The notes beneath the pieces are model-generated. The model had not been told where the DNA came from. It did no database searches and was given only the letters and a program-made list of their open reading frames with translations. Source: a bacterium (GTDB taxonomy: Bacteria; SAR324; NAC60-12). From it: DNA of 13,953 nucleotides. Both the position numbers and the translations under genes were made by a program. Positions 9,465 through 13,953 of this stretch are shown one piece after another; within the stretch, counting starts at the first letter, position 1, and the number at the start of each line of letters is the position of its first letter. The stretch lies in contig CBDDTI010000607.1 of assembly GCA_965233585.1 (NCBI GenBank), forward strand, positions 1 to 13,953, given 5' to 3'.

Positions 9465-11719
9465 CTATACCCTTTCAATTGCTTCCAAAATTTCTGTTGG
9501 TATTTCATCCAATGATTCTGTTGAATTGTCTGCCGTTTCTTCAAGCAGAGAGATCGATGCATCAAACTGGGATAATGATATGTTTTCCACAATCATATCG
9601 AACAATTCATTGTCTTGAAGGATTTCATCCCATTCATCCATGAACTCATCATCAAACTCCTGGTTGTGATCATAATGGGTACCATTCCAATTCTAGTCTT
9701 CATCACATGATATGTCCTTGAACACAGAGCTAAGAACTGATAAAATTTTCTGGGCATGACGCTGATCCCATACCTCTACTGATTTGTAAATGTCTGACAG
9801 GTTAAAAAGCGAGGCCACATTTTCCAACACTTGGGATATCTGATGCTCAGAAAAGCCCAACATGAATTGGAGATTTGTTAGAGTTTTAACTTCTCCATTA
9901 GCTGTAGTATTTAAAAGTTCTAAGACCAGTTCTTTGTGATACTGATGTAATGCATCCTGTACAAGTTTTTTACTGACAGCTGACACACTTCTTTGCTTGC
10001 ATGTACCTTCATTCACATACTTACTGAGTAATGTACTAGGATAATTACAGTAACTGCTACAGTCTACCTGTCCACAGTCACAAGTTTTTACACATATGTC
10101 ACAGCACTTGTGAGGCACCTCAATGTTAACAGCATCTGCATCAAAATGTTTCATCAGAGTAGTTCTTCTGCACTCTTTAGTTTTAATAAAACTCTTTATG
10201 TCTGAATGTACATGGTTCAGCAAAACACCATGATAAAGTAAAAAAGCAACACTTTCGCCACCGTCTCTACCAGCACGACCAGTCTCTTGCACATATGATT
10301 CTAAATTTTTGGATGGTCCATAATGAATTATTGTTTTCACTCCTTTACAATCCACACCCATATCAAAGGCAATAGTAGCTATTAGTAGCCTAACAGCCTC
10401 ATTTTCTTGCTGAAAAGACTCCAAAATACTATTCTTGTTTGCTTCTGGTGTACATGAATGAAGCATTTCGACTAAAGGAGAGCCATTGTCATTGATCATA
10501 TTCTCGTTACCCAGCAGACCTTTGACTGTAGCATAAATGATGCTACACTGCTTAATTGTTTGACAGTACACAATGGTCCTTACAGAGTTCTGTCTTTCTC
10601 TCCTCAATGTATCAGCAAGCCACACAAAGTTTTCTTCATGTCCAGCCTTTTTGTCTATACAATGAACCACATACCTCAAGTTGGTTTTGTTTGGACTTTC
10701 TTTTATTTCAACAAAATGTTCCATATGTAAGATGCTGACAATGGCATCTCTTGTGAGGTGTGTTGCAGTGGCTGTCAAAGCAATGACTGGAATGTCTGAA
10801 GCCAAAGACCTTAACTCAAACAACTTCCCATAAGACTCCCTAAAAGCAGCCATTTTGTTGTCTTGTGAAGTACCCCTAAAAAAATTAAGATTACTAAGAT
10901 TGTTAGTATGTTCAATAATGACTTAGAAAATGCTTTGCTGTTCATATCCACACATTAATTTTAGTTCAGCAGGTTGGTAGCATAATTTATACAAGCATGT
11001 AGTTAAGCTGATTTGAACCTACTTTAAATTTCATAATTTTGAATCTGAAAATGTAAAATTATTACTTCACACAAGCTCTAAAACATAAGCTTAACTAAAC
11101 CGCTGAAATTAATCAGGTTATGGTACTCGACAAAAAGCTTAAAGTAAACATTGCAAGCTAAAGTTTAATAAGAAAATTTCAACTGTTACCAATGCATGAA
11201 AGGCGTCATTATGTTAAGGCCACGATTTCAACATTGAAGCACTCACCATTGCCTTAGAACAAGTGCCTCATCGACTGCAATGGTACAGAGCTTACGGGAG
11301 TACACATCGTTGTGCAACATCGATCTCCAGCGCTCGCTTTTTAGCCAAGGTTCAGGCGATCCATATACCAAGGAATACTTTCCCTTTTCAGCATTTGCCT
11401 CCTGTTCTTCAGAAGCTGAAGTCAGATTTAGGGCTTTAATCCCAATACTGGTGAGGAACTTGACTTGATCATCCATAAGGCTAATCAATGGACTGACTAC
11501 TACAACAATGTGTCCTGAACTTGATCGAAGTGCATCAAAAACGGTCGGTAACGCTTGTTATATCAGTGATTTTCCGTAGCCAGTTGGTAAGTTTACGAAA
11601 ACATCTTTTCCCCTTTTTGCTACTTCACTTATAACTCTCTTCTGGTGCGTGTTTAAAGAAAATATTTTAGATTTAGAAGCCACGAGAGAGAAAACACCTT
11701 CATCGTCGAGAGAAGCCAT
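9465..11719 (-). pseudogene. RecQ-like superfamily 2 helicase pseudogene of the AcademH element; exons 11719-11247 and 10875-9465
   Basis: ATG 11719 (caaaATG). Motif I LPTGYGKS, Ia VSPLISLMDDQ, II DEAL (for DEAH), III ALTATA, V ATIAFDMGVD, VI QETGRAGRDG, and RQC Zn-binding CRR...CCDIC. Phase-2 intron 11246-10876 (GTGAGT...TTTTTAG) gives QW-GTSQDNKMAAFRESY. In-frame stops at 11560-11558 and 9695-9693; an acidic tail reads on to TAG 9467-9465. Confidence 0.9.
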
Positions 11720-11744
11720 TTTGATGGCACATATAAGACACGCG

Positions 11745-11812
11745 CTGTGATTGGCCGTTTCCCAATAGTGCGAACAGTTTTTGAATATGTGAACCAAATT
11801 CTGATTGGTCAC
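11745..11812 (-). promoter_or_regulatory. Two CCAAT boxes upstream of the helicase ATG
   Basis: gtgattggc (~11747-11755) and ctgattggt (~11801-11809) read as CCAATCA on the minus strand, 30-90 bp upstream of the ATG. Confidence 0.4.
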
Positions 11813-11871
11813 ATAAGGGAAAGGCATGTGGTTCGAAAGAAAGCAGCCGTTTGTGGGGAGGAGCTTTGCGT

Positions 11872-12743
11872 CATCGCCCAGAATTTCGTGACACATCCGG
11901 GATTTTTTATACGACTTAGCGCGAAATTTGAAAAGCGGTCGCCAGACAAAAGAACCAAAATACAAAGTAAATGGTGGAAAATAGCGAAACGTGGTATACA
12001 TTTCACTCCATTACGAAAACCCAAACCATTGTTGCGGCTAGGTTTACCCCGGCTTTTTGAGAAGAGGTGTCTAGTAATCAATTAAGACCCTTTTAACATC
12101 ATTTGGTCACGGAAAACTAGTATCAAATCGGTTTCTAAAATTCGCTTATTTCACATGTTTTAGTATGGGAAAAGCACTTCATTAAAATTCACCACGGTTT
12201 TTCTAGTCACTGAGCAAATCCAGAACTTAGGTTTACCCAGGGAATTTGAGCCTTAAATCTAATCTAGGGATGTGCGAAGTTTGGAATTGATACGATGCAT
12301 GGAAGTAGTATCAAAATGATGGTTTGTAAAAGCTGTTTCGCAAAGACCAAACGGCGCTCCAAAATGCATTTCACCGAAACCCCACGAGACCTAAAACGGC
12401 TCCAATTTTGAATAATTATCTCACACAAACAATAGTAAACAATGCTCGCTCGGGCGTAAGTCGCGTTCAAGCAGAAATGTCTTTTATTTCAATTTCCCCA
12501 GCGTCGTACGAATAGAAAAGGCCTATGTTGTCTTTTAAGTCCTCGATCAACGTGCACACTACGTAAACCGATGGAATAAAAGACTGCGCCTAATAAACCC
12601 CTTTGACCGGCCGACAGCCGCCGATTCATTGTCGAGACCAGTCGGAAACCCGAAAGCTTAATCTATGCCATTATAATTCCGCGCATCGAAAAACTGGGCA
12701 CTGCAAGTGCATGTCGCGAAAGACAATAGCATTCTGGGCGATG
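11872..12743. mobile_element. 872-bp non-autonomous DNA transposon with 13-bp TIRs and 2-bp (GT) TSD, inserted in the AcademH terminus
   Basis: GT-CATCGCCCAGAAT (11872-11884) ... ATTCTGGGCGATG-GT (12731-12743, GT 12744-12745). Subterminal inverted motif TTTCGTGACA (11884-11893)/TGTCGCGAAA (12712-12721). No credible ORF. Confidence 0.8.
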
Positions 12744-12777
12744 GTGACGAGCCTAAAAACGGCTCCGAAGGAGACTA
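12744..12777 (-). repeat. Outer part of the surviving AcademH terminal repeat (5'-TAGTCTCCTTCGGAGCCGTTTTTAGGCTCGTCAC)
   Basis: TAG terminus at the host junction; continues at 11869 and below once the 872-bp insertion is removed. No partner TIR seen in the window. Confidence 0.7.
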
Positions 12778-13256
12778 ACGGTTTCAGTGATCAGTGACAA
12801 CCATACCTAAATGTATATTGCATATCATTAATTTTACAATGAAAGTCAAATAAACACCAAGTCGCCGAGTCGAAATCGATTCCGAAAGCTGTATAAGTTA
12901 AAGAAGAAAAATGCATAATTTTCGGGGGGTTTTCACCTAAAGTGTTTTCTACAACCTGCGGTTGGATGGGACATATTCTATTGAGATCATTGCGTCGAAG
13001 AAAAACACCAAATTTAATTGAAGTGCATGCACATGGCACAAGACAGGCATTTTGTCACACTCTGCGGCAACAAACAGATCGCGACTGCAACTGTTTGTAT
13101 TGAGCGTCGATCGTCAGGTATTCTTACATGGAACACTTAAGTGCACAACACGTTAATTCTACCTCTGTACTTTGCAGTTGCCCGTACAGATTCCAACGTC
13201 AGTAATACAGAAATCAGTGTTTAAGATCTTGCAAACAAATCTGAAATCATTCTTAC

Positions 13257-13400
13257 CACAAAGCAACTTCGCAAACACCGCCGCATCAGGCTTGACCGAT
13301 TGCTATATTCGTTTAGGTGTCCTGTACTTCGACATTGCACAGGTTCAAAACAGTGCAAAGAACAAACCAGGCAAAGAGTGACAACCGAAGTGTACAACAT
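13257..13400 (-). CDS. Putative first coding exon of a secreted Cys-containing protein (copy 3): MLYTSVVTLCLVCSLHCFEPVQC-RSTGHLNEYSNRSSLMRRCLRSCFV
   Basis: ATG at 13400 in aaacaATG context, signal-peptide-like N-terminus, phase-0 GTAAGA donor at 13256-13251. About half of the differences from copy 2 are synonymous. Confidence 0.65.
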
Positions 13401-13750
13401 TGTTTCCACTTTTTGGACTGCCTCTTCTTACAGGACGTTGTCAATGTTCCCCTTTGGCCAGTGTATTCTAGCCGGATATCAGGTACTCGAGTTAGCTACG
13501 TGACGACTCAACCCTGTTTTAGCACCAAACCACGCGCAAGCAACAACGCGCACAACGTAACGATAGGAAGTCGAATTGTAGACAATTGACGTCACAGTTC
13601 ATAGACCTAGATTTTTCTATGTCTATGAACTCCAAGACTTAGATTCACAAGGTTATACAAACAAAAAAAGAAGTACAATGTTCAAATTGCACTTCGCTTT
13701 AAAACTAGAATATTGTTTTGCTAAAATACTTTGCTGAGATTTCGTACTGA

Positions 13751-13810
13751 ATTTGCATATGCGTAATGTCATGGGTGATATCCCAGTGGCCTCCATTTCC
13801 TATATATAGC
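13751..13810 (-). promoter_or_regulatory. Candidate TATA box and octamer motif of the tandem gene unit
   Basis: CTATATATAG at 13800-13809 (also 91-100) and ATTTGCAT at 13751-13758 (also 42-49); copy 2 has degenerate TAGAAAAAAG and ATTTACAT at the equivalent sites. Confidence 0.35.
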
Positions 13811-13953
13811 TTAATCAATCAACCGTTTCACTATATCTAAATACATGGGCAATAAAATTTAGGCATTTTGGTGCACTGAAGAGTCTAGACAAAGCACGTA
13901 GCGAAGGGAAACGAGATATAAGGGCTATTGACGCAGATGATTACGTTGCGTTG

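Larger units (their letters stand above)
12778..13953. repeat. Tandem paralogous unit, copy 3 (runs off window end)
   Basis: Collinear with ~4698-5780; the last 243 bp are near-identical to 2-244. Confidence 0.92.

Noticed and set aside
8333..10738. Antisense ORFs (8333-8545, 8886-9173, 9380-9643, 10556-10738; likewise 6121-6330, 11280-11468)
   Set aside because: Shadow frames opposite the transposase and helicase coding sequences, with no independent support.
9693..10853. 386-aa ORF as an intact host RecQ gene (BLM/WRN/RECQL)
   Set aside because: It is only exon 2 of a gene with two in-frame stops and altered motifs, lacks recognisable host accessory domains, and is paired with a transposase inside a transposon end.
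11720..12085. N-terminal 94 codons of ORF 11558-12001 and ORFs 11747-12085 and 11809-12081
   Set aside because: They cross the MITE junction at 11871/11872 and the promoter region; helicase similarity starts at the ATG at 11719.
12791..13039. 82-aa ORF or the ttatacag acceptor near 12890 as exon 2
   Set aside because: Neither the acceptor nor a clean reading frame is evidently conserved in copy 2.

Overview
AT-rich eukaryotic (animal) genomic DNA with GT-AG introns; the repeats look stony-coral/cnidarian-like (inference from pattern recognition). The centre (~6032-12777) is a decayed, left-truncated AcademH-type DNA transposon: a spliced DUF6589/Academ-like transposase pseudogene (+) converges on a spliced RecQ-like helicase pseudogene (-), and one 5'-TAG terminus survives at 12777. 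Two MITEs are nested in it: 153 bp with a 5-bp TSD, and 872 bp with 13-bp TIRs and a 2-bp GT TSD that splits the terminus. The host background is a tandem array of three paralogous units (1-~378 partial, ~4698-5889, 12778-13953). Two units carry a conserved 48-codon minus-strand first exon for a signal-peptide, Cys-containing protein ending at a GTAAGA donor. The left part holds a Tc1/IS630-like element with both TIRs and TA TSDs (2472-4649), with a hairpin-bearing non-autonomous element nested in it, and a ~250-bp tandem duplication. No intact full-length gene, RNA gene or CRISPR array is supported.
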